Shown: positions 1 to 9,888, numbered from the stretch's first letter. The stretch is 64,000 nucleotides of DNA from Candidatus Marinacidobacterales bacterium (GCA_965219415.1 OZ244742.1:1440001-1504000); one strand, 5' to 3'. Made by a program: numbers and translations. Notes: generated from the sequence alone by a model not told the origin.

Positions 1-249
1 TCCGTCGTCTTCAAGCAGGCCTCAAGCAGGACCTCATTCACGAGATGAGAGGATTATCTTACTTTTAGCCGGGGAGCGGAATCTACTAGAATAGGCCCGC
101 AGAAGTCAAACACGGCCAGTAGTTAGAGAAACTCGCCGCGGAACCATCCAACGCCGAAGCCAACATGACACGAGGTAAAGTCTGGCAACCAGACGAGGTA
201 ACGGACTTACGGCACCGACCGACCCATGGCCAGAAAGGGTTTGAAACAT

Positions 250-275
250 TGAACCTTGTCCACCCACTCTTCGTT
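250..275 (+). promoter_or_regulatory. Putative ECF-type (SigW/SigE-like) autoregulatory promoter
   Basis: TGAACC (250-255)-N16-CGTT (272-275) just upstream of the ECF sigma gene; resembles the GAAC/AAC...CGT ECF consensus. Confidence 0.55.
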
Positions 276-311
276 TTACCCGGTGAGTAGGGGCGACGGG
301 GAGTAGGGTTT

Positions 312-899
312 TTGCTATCCGACGAGGAGCTTGCGAGCCGTTGTCAGCGCGGAGACGACCAAGCCTGGGAAGTCTTGGTCAAACGCTACCGGCGCGGAGT
401 TTGGAACGTTGCTTATCACTTCACGGGACGGGTTGACGAGGCCGACGAGCTTACACAGGAAATCTTTCTGCATGTCCTGGGAGCCCTCAAGAATTTCGAT
501 CCAAGCGGCAATATGGGCGCATGGCTCCGGCGAGTGGCACGTAACTATGCTATCGACCAGTACCGGTGGCGGCGGCGGGAAAAAGCACTCACGTCCGACA
601 AGGAGCTTCCCGAAGTCAAAGCCCCCGCTCACCGGTCCGATCCCCATGCGGCTCTCGAACACAAGGACTTGGCGGAATGGATTCGATCGGCCCTCGCGCG
701 TCTACCCGAGGAGCTCGGCCAGGCCGTTGTCCTTAGGGATCTGCAAGAGATGAGCTACGAGGAAATGGCTGAACTGCTCGAAGTACCGCTCGGCACGGTG
801 AAGTCTCGACTCAACCGCGGGCGAATCGAGCTGGCCCGCCATCTGAAACGCCGCCGAGGCGAGTGGAGCCACCAATTAGAGAGTGGAGGCGAAGGGTGA
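312..899 (+). CDS. ECF RNA polymerase sigma-70 factor
   Basis: Region 2 (DELTQEIFL, WLRRVARNYAID) and region 4 (MSYEEMAELLEVPLGTVKSRLNRGR) motifs. Confidence 0.95.
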   Translation: MLSDEELASRCQRGDDQAWEVLVKRYRRGVWNVAYHFTGRVDEADELTQEIFLHVLGALKNFDPSGNMGAWLRRVARNYAIDQYRWRRREKALTSDKELPEVKAPAHRSDPHAALEHKDLAEWIRSALARLPEELGQAVVLRDLQEMSYEEMAELLEVPLGTVKSRLNRGRIELARHLKRRRGEWSHQLESGGEG

Positions 900-1540
900 A
901 GTGTCGGCGCTCGGAGGAGCTTTGGAGCGACTACCTCGAGGAAACGCTCTCCCGCCCACTCACGAAGGATCTCGAAGACCACTTGGCGGAGTGTTCCGCC
1001 TGCCCGGGGCTCCTTGAAACCTTCCGAGAAGTGCGGTCGGCTCTCGAGACGATGCCCCATCCGCACCCTTCACCACAGTTGGTGGAGCGCATCCTCTCGG
1101 CCAGCCGGCCCCCGCTGACAAGGCTGGCAGACCTCTCGAACTTCTCCCAGCGGGCCCGGTTCGTCACCCCCCTTGTCCCCAGCCTCTCTCCGGGAGGTTG
1201 GGCCGCATGGGGTGCTGCCGCCGCTCTCGTTGCGGTCTTGATCCTTGGTCCAAGCCAAGCCTTTACCCGCATCAACCAAGTCGGCCATCAGGGCTACAGC
1301 GTTGGGCTCGGTCTCTATCGAGATACGGAAGGTCTGATTGACGAGCTCAACGTCTTGCGGATGACAGTCGGAGTTGCATTCGAAGATCGCCTCGATCGCC
1401 TCAACGAGAGGTTGAAGGACTTGGAGGAGGCACGGCGAAAGAACGACGATGAGCCCGATCAAAGCAATAATCTCGGCTCGCTGCGACTGTCCTTCCAACC
1501 CAGATCTGATACCAGTTCACAATCAAGGAGCGATTCATGA
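896..1540 (+). CDS. Zinc-binding (zf-HC2/ZAS) membrane anti-sigma factor
   Basis: GTG start overlaps the sigma stop (GTGA); C...HLAECSAC (HxxxCxxC) motif, one TM helix and a C-terminal coiled coil. Confidence 0.85.
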   Translation: MKCRRSEELWSDYLEETLSRPLTKDLEDHLAECSACPGLLETFREVRSALETMPHPHPSPQLVERILSASRPPLTRLADLSNFSQRARFVTPLVPSLSPGGWAAWGAAAALVAVLILGPSQAFTRINQVGHQGYSVGLGLYRDTEGLIDELNVLRMTVGVAFEDRLDRLNERLKDLEEARRKNDDEPDQSNNLGSLRLSFQPRSDTSSQSRSDS

Positions 1541-2076
1541 AATGTTCACCCGCAGCCGCAGTTTGGCTGTCTCTCTTGCCCGGTCTGGGCCACATTTTCG
1601 TGGGTCAGACACTCCCGAACGCGACGGCCAGGAAGGCCTACGTCACCAAGGGATTCCTTTACGCGCTCATGACTGTGGGGTTGATCTATCTGACCGATCA
1701 ATCCGACGGACCGATCGGGATTCTGATTCCAATTTTCTGGGTGTACGTCATGCTAGACGCACATCGTAGCGCCGTCGAGGCGAACCGCATCATCGAAACG
1801 GGAGGACAGGATTCGCATACAACGATGGACGGAACACCCTGGCTGGGGTGGAGCGCGGTGGGTTTGGGCACCTTGCTTCTTCTCAATAATCTCTTCGATT
1901 TCGATTTCGACTGGCTATGGAAGTTTTGGCCGGTGGCGCTGATTCTCGTCGGCGTGAAGCTCATTCGGGGTGGATCGGGCTTCAACCGCGATCCTGTTTC
2001 ATCTCCACCCCCGAGCAACGTTGACGCGGACTCTGTTTTGGAGGCAGAAAGACATGAGCCAGCCGAGGACGAGTAG
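1537..2076 (+). CDS. Small multi-TM membrane protein (DUF5668/LiaF-TM-like)
   Basis: LSLLPGLGHIF N-terminus, several TM helices, WKFWPVALILVG motif; ATGA overlap with the anti-sigma gene. Confidence 0.7.
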   Translation: MKCSPAAAVWLSLLPGLGHIFVGQTLPNATARKAYVTKGFLYALMTVGLIYLTDQSDGPIGILIPIFWVYVMLDAHRSAVEANRIIETGGQDSHTTMDGTPWLGWSAVGLGTLLLLNNLFDFDFDWLWKFWPVALILVGVKLIRGGSGFNRDPVSSPPPSNVDADSVLEAERHEPAEDE

Positions 2077-3676
2077 AAGCGGTTGCGCCCTGACGCTGGG
2101 CGTACTCCTCGTCGTCACCGGATCTCTGCTCCTCGCCGGGAACCTCTTCGGATTCTCGCTTCTGGGGTTTCGGACCGAGGCCCTCATTTGGTTCTCACTG
2201 TATTGGCCCGTCCTCTTGATCATCTGGGGCGCCAGCAAGATCTACCAACGCGTGCGCGATCCCGAAACCGCCCGGGTGGATCCGGGGAAAGTCGTTCTGT
2301 TGATTCTTATCGTCTGCGCCGGAGTCACTCTGGCCGCGGCCCGTTACGTGGCTGGTAACTTCGCGACGGAATTCTCGTTCGAGGATTTGCTCGAGATCGT
2401 CGAGCCCGAAATCTCCCTGGGCCCCGCGCATCGCTTCAGCGAGGAACACGTCTTCGAGCTGCCGGACGGGGGAAGTCTCACCGTGGAGAATGGCCGCGGA
2501 GAGATCACGGCACGCGGTTGGGATGAGGTCGATCTGAAGGTCGTGGTCACCAAACGCGTCTACCGACACGCCGAAAACGAGGCTCGCCGTTTGGCGGAGA
2601 ACGTCTCGGTTCGATTCGAGATCGCCGATGAGAGCGGCGCCAGCCTCGACATGGACCGGGAGCCAGGTGGCCGAGGTGCGGTCGAGACGGATCTGGAGCT
2701 TTGGGTCCCGCGAAAAACACCGCTCACGTTGACCAATGGCCGGGGTGCAATAAGAGTGTCCGATTTGCAGGCCCCGCTCCGATTGGCGAGCTCCTACGAC
2801 GCAATCGAGGTCGCCGACGTCGAGGGTCGTGTGACGGTAGACGGTCGGCACGGAGCGATCCGCGTCGAAGGTGTCGTCGGGAACGTCGAGGCGCGCAACC
2901 GTTTCGGCGACCTGACCGTCAACGATGTCACCGGAGACGTACTCGGAGAAACCACCCGCGGGACCATTGTAGTCGAACGGATTACCGGAACGGTTCGACT
3001 GAGCAATCGGTCGTCTCGTATCCGAGCGATCGAGATCGGCGAGAGCCTCACCGTCGAGGGTTCCCATACCGAGGTTGCCGTGGAACGAGTGGGGGCCGAC
3101 GTCGCAATCCAGACGAGCTACCGACCGGTCTTCGTAAACGATGTCGAAGGCCGGGTGACCGTCGACGCACATAACTCGGAGGTCGAGATTCGGCTGGTGC
3201 GAGGCGATGTCGGAGTGGAGAGCATTCACCGACCGGTCACCGTTGTGGGCGTGGGCGGCGGTGTCCAGGTCGATGCACAACACGGCGCGGTCCGGCTCGA
3301 CGAGATCGTGGGACCGATCCAAGTCAAGAGCTCCGATAACCCCGTCGAGATCGATGCCTTCGAGTCGAGCCTGAGCGTTGAATCTAAGCACGCGCCCCTG
3401 CGAATCACGACCAACCTTCTCAATGGCGAACTTACCCTCCTTACCTCCTACGGTGATGTCGACCTCGGCCTGCCGGCGGAGAGCTCGTTTAGCCTCAAGG
3501 CGAGGGTTAAGTCGGGAGACATCGACTCAGAGCTCGCTGAATCCGATTGGACCCGCCGCGAGGACGGAGATGCAGTGGAGCTCGTCGGATCGGTGGGGGA
3601 CGGTGCGTCGCCGATCTCTATCCGAACCAGTTACGGCGACATCATTGTTCGGCAGCTTCGCCGACAAGGCCAGTGA
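2054..3676 (+). CDS. Membrane-anchored DUF4097 (toast-rack) beta-strand repeat protein
   Basis: Three N-terminal TMs with YWPVLLIIWG, then many GxI/VxVxxVxG beta repeats, ending IRTSYGDI; ATG at 2054 chosen over the ORF-track start. Confidence 0.8.
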   Translation: MSQPRTSRSGCALTLGVLLVVTGSLLLAGNLFGFSLLGFRTEALIWFSLYWPVLLIIWGASKIYQRVRDPETARVDPGKVVLLILIVCAGVTLAAARYVAGNFATEFSFEDLLEIVEPEISLGPAHRFSEEHVFELPDGGSLTVENGRGEITARGWDEVDLKVVVTKRVYRHAENEARRLAENVSVRFEIADESGASLDMDREPGGRGAVETDLELWVPRKTPLTLTNGRGAIRVSDLQAPLRLASSYDAIEVADVEGRVTVDGRHGAIRVEGVVGNVEARNRFGDLTVNDVTGDVLGETTRGTIVVERITGTVRLSNRSSRIRAIEIGESLTVEGSHTEVAVERVGADVAIQTSYRPVFVNDVEGRVTVDAHNSEVEIRLVRGDVGVESIHRPVTVVGVGGGVQVDAQHGAVRLDEIVGPIQVKSSDNPVEIDAFESSLSVESKHAPLRITTNLLNGELTLLTSYGDVDLGLPAESSFSLKARVKSGDIDSELAESDWTRREDGDAVELVGSVGDGASPISIRTSYGDIIVRQLRRQGQ

Positions 3677-4551
3677 TGAACCTCAAAACAGCCGCCATCG
3701 TCGTGGGGAGTCTGCTACCCGGTTGCGTCCATCACGGGAGCGAGGAAAGCGTGACCGAGCGCTTTCGCTTCGACGTCGTAGAACGCCCCCGGGTGGAGGT
3801 CGAGCTCGACCGTGGCTCCATCGAGGTCCTCGGCATCGAAGATTCAACCGAGGTCTCGGTAGTCGTCAATAAGCTCGCTCGCGCCGTCAACGAGGAAGTA
3901 GCCCGGTCTTCCCTCGAGCGACTGTCAGTTCGGGCCGAGCCGAACGGCGAGACCATCCGGGTCAGGGTGAACCGTGAGGGGGGATGGCGAGAGTCTCACG
4001 GGAGTCTGAGATCGGACGTCGAGATCAGCGTGCCACGAAACTCGGACCTCAGGCTTATTACTCACGATGGGCGAATTGAGCTCCGCGATGTGCGAGGTGA
4101 AATAGAAGCCGAGTCCGGGGATGGACGCATACGGCTTGACACGGTCGAGGGTGTCGTAAGGACGCGTACTGCCGACGGTTCTATCGTTGGAGAGAACCTG
4201 AGCGGCGACTTCGATAGCCGCACCGACGACGGTCGCATCCAGTTGATGGGTACCTTTAGCGGTCTGGACGCTGTGACCTCCAACGGATCGATCACCGTGG
4301 ATTGTATCGAGGCGGTTCCGCTGACCCGGAACTGGATGCTCAGGAGCTTGGACGGTTCCATCACATTCGGTGTCCCCAAAGGCCTCTCCGCGAAGCTCGA
4401 GGCTTCGACGAGTGACGGACGCATCGAGAGTGCGCTGACCCTCGTCGATGCAAGGGTGGCGTCCAACCGTATCAAGGGAACCCTGGGCGAAGGGGGGAAG
4501 TTGGTGCTCATCAAAACCAGCGACGGAAGTGTACACCTCCGTATCCGCTGA
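3676..4551 (+). CDS. DUF4097 (toast-rack) beta-repeat protein, probable lipoprotein
   Basis: ATG overlaps the previous stop (TGATG); signal peptide ending LLPG-C; repeated (T/S)xDGxI strands. Confidence 0.8.
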   Translation: MNLKTAAIVVGSLLPGCVHHGSEESVTERFRFDVVERPRVEVELDRGSIEVLGIEDSTEVSVVVNKLARAVNEEVARSSLERLSVRAEPNGETIRVRVNREGGWRESHGSLRSDVEISVPRNSDLRLITHDGRIELRDVRGEIEAESGDGRIRLDTVEGVVRTRTADGSIVGENLSGDFDSRTDDGRIQLMGTFSGLDAVTSNGSITVDCIEAVPLTRNWMLRSLDGSITFGVPKGLSAKLEASTSDGRIESALTLVDARVASNRIKGTLGEGGKLVLIKTSDGSVHLRIR

Positions 4552-4611
4552 GCCGCTCTGATCCAACCTGCAGGGGGAAGGACCCCTCCTCCGCAACGCC
4601 CCCCACTCCTC

Positions 4612-4640
4612 TTGACTCGACCATCCTGCTTTTCTAAAAT
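4612..4640 (+). promoter_or_regulatory. sigma70-like promoter for purC
   Basis: TTGACT-N17-TAAAAT. Confidence 0.6.
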
Positions 4641-4719
4641 ACGCCCACTTTCGGCTCGGCTCCAGGCCGGTCATGGCCTGACTGGAATCGAGAAACTCTC
4701 AGCCGATAGGAGTATTACT

Positions 4720-5613
4720 TTGAATGAGTCGGTCTTATTCGAAACTGCACTGAGCGACCTCCCCGTCTACCGCCGCGGAAAAGTGCGGGACGTCTACGAG
4801 GTCGGAGACCATTTTCTGATTGTAGCAACCGACCGCATCTCCGCTTTCGACGTCGTCCTCCCGACCGGCATCCCGGACAAGGGTAAGATCTTGAATCAAC
4901 TCTCTCTTCACTGGTTTGCGGGGACGACGCACATCCAACCGAACCATGTAGTAACTGCAGACGTCGAGGAATACCCTGTCTCCCTCGGAAAGTGGCGGAA
5001 GCACCTCGCGAAACGCTCGATGCTCGTCAAGCGCGCCAACCTGATCCCCTTCGAATGCGTTGTCCGAGGCTACCTCTATGGAGGCGGCTGGGGAGAGTAT
5101 CAGCGTTCCGGCGAGGTTTCGGGCATCGCGCTTCCGCCGGGGCTCAAGCGGGCCGAGAAGTTCACCGAACCGCTTTTTACGCCATCCACCAAGGAAGAAT
5201 CGGGCCACGACGTCCCGGTAAGCGAAGACGTCTTGGTCAACGAGCTCGGCGCGGAGCTGGCCACGCGCCTGAAAAACGTCTCTCTGAAGCTCTATCGATT
5301 CGGCAGTCAGGAAACCGAAGAAAAGGGAATCATCATCGCAGACACGAAGTTCGAGTTTGGATTGGTCGGCGACGAGCTCATCGTGATCGACGAGCTAATG
5401 ACCCCGGACTCATCGCGGTTTTGGCCACGCGAAGGCTTCGCGCCTGATCGCACCCAGCCAAGCTTCGACAAACAATTCGTCAGAGATTATCTGAGCACCC
5501 TCGACTGGGACAAGACACCCCCCGGGCCGGAGCTCCCCGACGAAGTCGTAGCCGGGACTCGCGAGCGTTACTGGCAGGTGTTTCGAACGCTCACCGGGCG
5601 AACTGCCCTTTGA
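4720..5613 (+). CDS. purC: Phosphoribosylaminoimidazolesuccinocarboxamide (SAICAR) synthase
   Basis: RGKVRDVY, ATDRISAFD, ECVVRGYL, IADTKFEFG, TPDSSRFW and SFDKQFVRDYL motifs; TTG start after an AGGAG RBS. Confidence 0.97.
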   Translation: MNESVLFETALSDLPVYRRGKVRDVYEVGDHFLIVATDRISAFDVVLPTGIPDKGKILNQLSLHWFAGTTHIQPNHVVTADVEEYPVSLGKWRKHLAKRSMLVKRANLIPFECVVRGYLYGGGWGEYQRSGEVSGIALPPGLKRAEKFTEPLFTPSTKEESGHDVPVSEDVLVNELGAELATRLKNVSLKLYRFGSQETEEKGIIIADTKFEFGLVGDELIVIDELMTPDSSRFWPREGFAPDRTQPSFDKQFVRDYLSTLDWDKTPPGPELPDEVVAGTRERYWQVFRTLTGRTAL

Positions 5614-5632
5614 GGCGCGCGGGCGAAACGCG

Positions 5633-5842
5633 GTGCTCAAACACAAGCTCGAATCGCTCATCGCAGAAATGATCGGCAAGGGAATTCGCTTCCGAGAGGC
5701 CCGGCGCGAGTTCGAGAAGCGATTCATCGCTCAAGTCTTGGAACACGAGAACGGCAATCTGTCTCGTTCCGCCAAGGTGCTTCGCATTCACCGAAACACC
5801 CTCAGTAAGAAAATCCTTGAGTACAAACTCAAACCCCGTTGA
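5633..5842 (+). CDS. Small Fis-family (HTH_8) DNA-binding protein
   Basis: FEKRFIAQVLEHENGNLSRSAKVLRIHRNTLSKKI Fis-type HTH. Confidence 0.85.
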   Translation: MLKHKLESLIAEMIGKGIRFREARREFEKRFIAQVLEHENGNLSRSAKVLRIHRNTLSKKILEYKLKPR

Positions 5843-5899
5843 GACCCGAAAAGGCTCAACCCTGCCGGAGACTTGATGCATAGCCGAACCTGCCGTTTG

Positions 5900-5928
5900 T
5901 TGACACGACAAAACCGAGCGACTAACAT
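5900..5928 (+). promoter_or_regulatory. sigma70-like promoter for groES
   Basis: TTGACA-N17-TAACAT; GGAGG RBS before the ATG at 5991. Confidence 0.65.
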
Positions 5929-5990
5929 GAATCTCTGCGATTTTAGGATAAAGTCAGCCGATGTGACGGCGTTACACGGAGGAGTCAAGG

Positions 5991-6281
5991 ATGAAAGTTA
6001 GACCCTTACACGACCGAATCCTCGTGAAGAGGATCGAGGAGCAGGGGGAAGTGAAGAAAGGCAGCATCATTGTTCCCGACAGCGCAAAGGAAAAACCTCA
6101 GGAAGGCGAGGTAGTTGCGGTGGGCAATGGCAAGATCCTCGAGGATGGTGGCAAGCTAGACTTGGAAGTCAAAGCCGGCGACCGAATTCTGTTTGGAAAG
6201 TACGCCGGTACCGAGATCAAGCTCGAGGAGCAAGACTACCTCATCATGCGCGAGGACGACATTCTCGCGATCATTAAGTAG
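5991..6281 (+). CDS. groES: Co-chaperonin GroES
   Basis: [29 protein letters not shown] and FGKYAGTE motifs. Confidence 0.97.
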   Translation: MKVRPLHDRILVKRIEEQGEVKKGSIIVPDSAKEKPQEGEVVAVGNGKILEDGGKLDLEVKAGDRILFGKYAGTEIKLEEQDYLIMREDDILAIIK

Positions 6282-6438
6282 GGCTTGAGATTGGTGACAA
6301 GAGGGCGGCCGTCAAAATATTGAGGTGCTGTTATTTAAGCGCGCCAGACGGCGGTTGCCACCCACGTTCGATGACGCTGCACCCGTAAGGGGCAACTTCT
6401 GAACGCCGTCCAAAGCACCGCCAGCAGCAATCAGCCAA

Positions 6439-6819
6439 ATGCCTGAAAGACGACGTACCAGGCGGTTCCAGCTAGGGACCCTCGTCGAGGTCCTGATCCA
6501 GTCCCAAGGCAGAAGGAAACGCGGCCGCCTCATCAACCTCAGCGAAGGAGGAGCGTTTCTGGCTATGCGCACCGATGTCCACGTCGGTGAAGAGCTCCGG
6601 CTCACGCTCAAATTCCCCGCCGAAGCCGGTGGCCGCCTCCGCACGCGCGTGGTGGTGGTTTGGCGCAATACCAGACTCGCGCCAACGGTTCGCTCGCTAC
6701 CGACCGGTTGCGGGGTGTTGTTCGAAGGGACCGAGATGCAGCAGCTACAGACGGCGTTCGAAGTGCTCAAAGTAAAAGGGTTACTGGTGGAAGAGGAGCC
6801 GCCCGGAGGAATCGACTAA
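6439..6819 (+). CDS. Single-domain PilZ protein (putative c-di-GMP receptor)
   Basis: ERRRTRRF (RxxxR), NLSEGG (D/NxSxxG), VVW and G.GV.F motifs. Confidence 0.85.
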   Translation: MPERRRTRRFQLGTLVEVLIQSQGRRKRGRLINLSEGGAFLAMRTDVHVGEELRLTLKFPAEAGGRLRTRVVVVWRNTRLAPTVRSLPTGCGVLFEGTEMQQLQTAFEVLKVKGLLVEEEPPGGID

Positions 6820-6833
6820 AACGTAAGCTCTTG

Positions 6834-6928
6834 TTCCTTTATTCCCTCGCCCCCGTTGGGGGGGCTGCGGGGCGTCAAGAAATGTCGTGCCGCTAAACAG
6901 TGGCGTCAGACGCCGGGTGAGGGGGTCA
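6834..6928. repeat. REP-like intergenic palindromic element, copy 1
   Basis: TCCCTCGCCC...GGGCGTCAAGA...TGGCGTCAGACGCCGGGTGAGGG, shared with 48222-48380; lies between the convergent PilZ gene and pnp. Confidence 0.65.
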
Positions 6929-7035
6929 GATTGAGCCAAGCTCACCCTGGGCGCTGCCAGGCACCGCCGTCGTGCGTGGCGAGAGATTACTTGGAACGGT
7001 ACGACGCCGGGCTTGGGTTCGGCTCTGTTTTCTGG

Positions 7036-9276
7036 CTACCTCCGGCGTCCGCCACCCCCGGCGCGGCGACCACGACCGTGCCTATCCTGCGAACCGCCTC
7101 CTCTTTCTTCCCGCGCTTCACGTCCCTCACCGGCCTCACCGGCGCCCCCGGACTCCTGCCGCGACTCGCCCTGCGGCTGTCCATCGGATGATTCGCCGCC
7201 CTGTTCTTTGAGAACGGCCTTCCGCGAGAGCTTCACCTTGCCCTGGGGATCGATGTTGATGACCTTAACCAACAGCTGGTCGCCTTCGGAAAGCTCCTTA
7301 TGGATGTCCTTGACACGATAGTCGGCAACCTCCGAGATATGGAGGAGTCCATCGGTGCCGGGCAGGATTTCCACGAAGGCTCCGAAGTCGACGATTCTCT
7401 GAACCTTCCCGAGGTACGTCTTCCCCATCTCCGCGACCGCGGTGAGCTCTTCGATGATCTGCATCGCCTTTCGCGCCGATTCCTCGTCGGACGAAGCGAT
7501 CGCAACCGAACCATCGTCTTCGACGTCGATCTTTACTTGCGTCCTCTCCACGATGCTACGGATCATCTTGCCGCCGGGACCGATGACGTCTCGTATCTTC
7601 GCGGTCGGTATGCGCATCGTAAAGATCCGTGGTGCGTAGCGAGAGATGTCCTCGCGCGGCTCGGCAATCGTCTCCGCCATCTTCTCCAAGATGAAAAGCC
7701 GTGCCTGGCGCGCTTGCTCTAGGGCTTCCGCCATGATGGCGGGCGTAATGCCAGAGATCTTGATGTCCATCTGAAGCGCCGTGAGTCCGCTGGCCGTGCC
7801 GGCGACCTTGAAATCCATATCGCCATAATGATCCTCGGCTCCTGCGATGTCGGCCAAAATAGCGTAATCGTCTCCCTCCATGACCAAGCCCATCGCGATT
7901 CCGGCTACCGCCGATCGCACCGGAACTCCGGCATCCATCAAAGCGAGGCAGCCGCCGGTCACAGTCGCCATGGAGGAGGACCCATTCGATTCCAAGATGT
8001 CGGAGACAATTCGAACCGTGTAGGGGAAATCCTCATCGGAAGGAAGGACCGGCGACAAGGCTCGCTCGGCGAGCGCGCCGTGCCCTATTTCGCGGCGTCC
8101 TGGACCCCTCAAGAACTTGACCTCTCCTACCGAAAACGGAGGGAAGTTGTAGTGGAGCATGAACCGCTTTTGCGAAACGCCTTCCACCAGGTCGAGCTTC
8201 TGAATATCGGAGGATGTACCAAGCGTCGTAGTCACCAAGGCTTGCGTCTCACCTCGGGTGAACAAGGCAGAGCCGTGAGTACGAGGCAGAACGCCGACTT
8301 CGCTGGTGATGGTCCGGATCTCATCAAAACGACGGCCGTCCAACCGCTTCTTATTCTGAAGGACTTCCGACCGTAACAACTTTTCTTGAAGACTCTTGAA
8401 GGCGCTCGACGCCTCCGCTCTCTCGTCGGATTCTTCGGGGAAGCTGTCGATAAGGCGTTCTTTCACTTCGCCGACCTTCTTCTGACTTTCAAGCTTGCCG
8501 GCAAGGCACATCGCCTCGAGTAGCGGAGCCGCAGTGGACTCCTCCACCTTGCGAAAGAGCTCCTCGTTTCGGGCCTTGGTCTCAACCACGCGTTTGGTCG
8601 GCTGAATGGCACGATAGAGCTCTTCCTGCATGTCGATCAATTTTTGAATCGCATCGTGAGCGACACCAAGCGCCTCGATCATCTTCGCTTCCGGAACCTC
8701 GTCTGCCGCGGCTTCTACCATGACGATGGCTTCCCGGGAGCCTGCGACCGTCAAATTCAACTTGGATGACGTTAGCTGCTCGATCTTCGGGTTGACGACC
8801 AATTCGTCATCCAGAAGTCCCACTCGTACCGCTGCGATGGGAGTCGTGAACGGAATCTCGGAGCAGTACAACGCTGCCGAAGCGCCGGTAATAGCCAGGG
8901 TGTCCGAGTCGTTCGCTGCATCTGCGGACAAGACCATCGCCACGACCTGGGTCTCTGAGTGCCAGGCCTCGGGAAACAAGGGGCGGATGGGCCGGTCAAT
9001 GAGCCGGCAGGTCAGTATCTCTTTCTCGTTGGGGCGCCCCTCCCGTTTGAAGAAACCACCCGGAATCTTTCCCGCTGCCGAAAAGCCCTCTCGGTAATCC
9101 ACGGTCAATGGCAGAAAATCAATCCCTTCTCTTTCCGTGTGCGCAGCGCAGGCGGTCACCAGGACCACGGTATCTCCGAGTCGTACGAATGCGGCTCCGT
9201 CTGCTTGCTTGGCCACTCTCCCCATCTCAATGGAATACGTTGCGCCGCCAAGCTCTATTTCTTGTCGATGAACCAT
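7036..9276 (-). CDS. pnp: Polyribonucleotide nucleotidyltransferase (PNPase)
   Basis: RNase PH domains (IPGGFFKREG, SNGSSSMA, GDMDFKVAG) plus KH and S1 domains; ATG at 9276 after GGAGG. Confidence 0.98.
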   Translation of the reverse strand: MVHRQEIELGGATYSIEMGRVAKQADGAAFVRLGDTVVLVTACAAHTEREGIDFLPLTVDYREGFSAAGKIPGGFFKREGRPNEKEILTCRLIDRPIRPLFPEAWHSETQVVAMVLSADAANDSDTLAITGASAALYCSEIPFTTPIAAVRVGLLDDELVVNPKIEQLTSSKLNLTVAGSREAIVMVEAAADEVPEAKMIEALGVAHDAIQKLIDMQEELYRAIQPTKRVVETKARNEELFRKVEESTAAPLLEAMCLAGKLESQKKVGEVKERLIDSFPEESDERAEASSAFKSLQEKLLRSEVLQNKKRLDGRRFDEIRTITSEVGVLPRTHGSALFTRGETQALVTTTLGTSSDIQKLDLVEGVSQKRFMLHYNFPPFSVGEVKFLRGPGRREIGHGALAERALSPVLPSDEDFPYTVRIVSDILESNGSSSMATVTGGCLALMDAGVPVRSAVAGIAMGLVMEGDDYAILADIAGAEDHYGDMDFKVAGTASGLTALQMDIKISGITPAIMAEALEQARQARLFILEKMAETIAEPREDISRYAPRIFTMRIPTAKIRDVIGPGGKMIRSIVERTQVKIDVEDDGSVAIASSDEESARKAMQIIEELTAVAEMGKTYLGKVQRIVDFGAFVEILPGTDGLLHISEVADYRVKDIHKELSEGDQLLVKVINIDPQGKVKLSRKAVLKEQGGESSDGQPQGESRQESGGAGEAGEGREAREERGGGSQDRHGRGRRAGGGGRRR

Positions 9277-9541
9277 CTCTACCTCCAATAACCAACCAAA
9301 AGGCCGGAGTATACCGAGCCTTTCACTGTCCTATCTAGAATGAGTGCTGGAGAACAAACCGCGATCCTTGTGTGGGCGGCGTTTCCCGAATCTCTTATGA
9401 TGCAAAAAATATTTGTTGTTTAAACACCGACGAGGATAAGACCTCAGTCCGACTGGTAACGAAGGAGGGAGAGCTTGAAGGGGCCTGCGGCAGTCCTTGT
9501 TCGTCTTGGGAATTCGCGGCGGGGGATCCCGCCGGGGGCAC

Positions 9542-9811
9542 TCACTTTCGAATTCCAAGCCGCTGGATGACCCCACGGTACCGTTCCATGTCTTTTCCCT
9601 TCAAGTAATCCAGGAGGCGTCGACGCCGGCTCACTAACTTTAGCAGTCCGCGGCGGGAGTGGTGATCCTTCTGGTGTACCTTGAAGTGATCCGTAAGGTA
9701 TCCGATCCGCTCACTCAGGAGGGCGATTTGAACCTCGGGTGACCCGGTGTCAGTCGAGTGCTGCCGGTAGTCTCCAATAATATTGGTTTTCCTGTCTGGG
9801 GAGAGTGTCAA
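9542..9811 (-). CDS. rpsO: 30S ribosomal protein S15
   Basis: [12 protein letters not shown] and [15 protein letters not shown] motifs; TTG start at 9811. Confidence 0.97.
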   Translation of the reverse strand: MTLSPDRKTNIIGDYRQHSTDTGSPEVQIALLSERIGYLTDHFKVHQKDHHSRRGLLKLVSRRRRLLDYLKGKDMERYRGVIQRLGIRK

Positions 9812-9859
9812 ATGAGGTTCCTCCCTACTTCTTCCTTGTCTTTCATCTATACGGCGCAA

Positions 9860-9888
9860 ATCATAGCACAGTGGGTATACCCTGTAAA
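9860..9888 (-). promoter_or_regulatory. sigma70-like promoter for rpsO-pnp
   Basis: Minus strand TTTACA-N17-TATGAT with TG extension. Confidence 0.6.

Noticed and set aside
1-110. Possible divergent promoter (TTGACT-N18-TAGATT, minus strand) and gene start running off the window
   Set aside because: Not enough sequence to support a CDS call
5930-5990. CIRCE element before groES
   Set aside because: No TTAGCACTC-N9-GAGTGCTAA match
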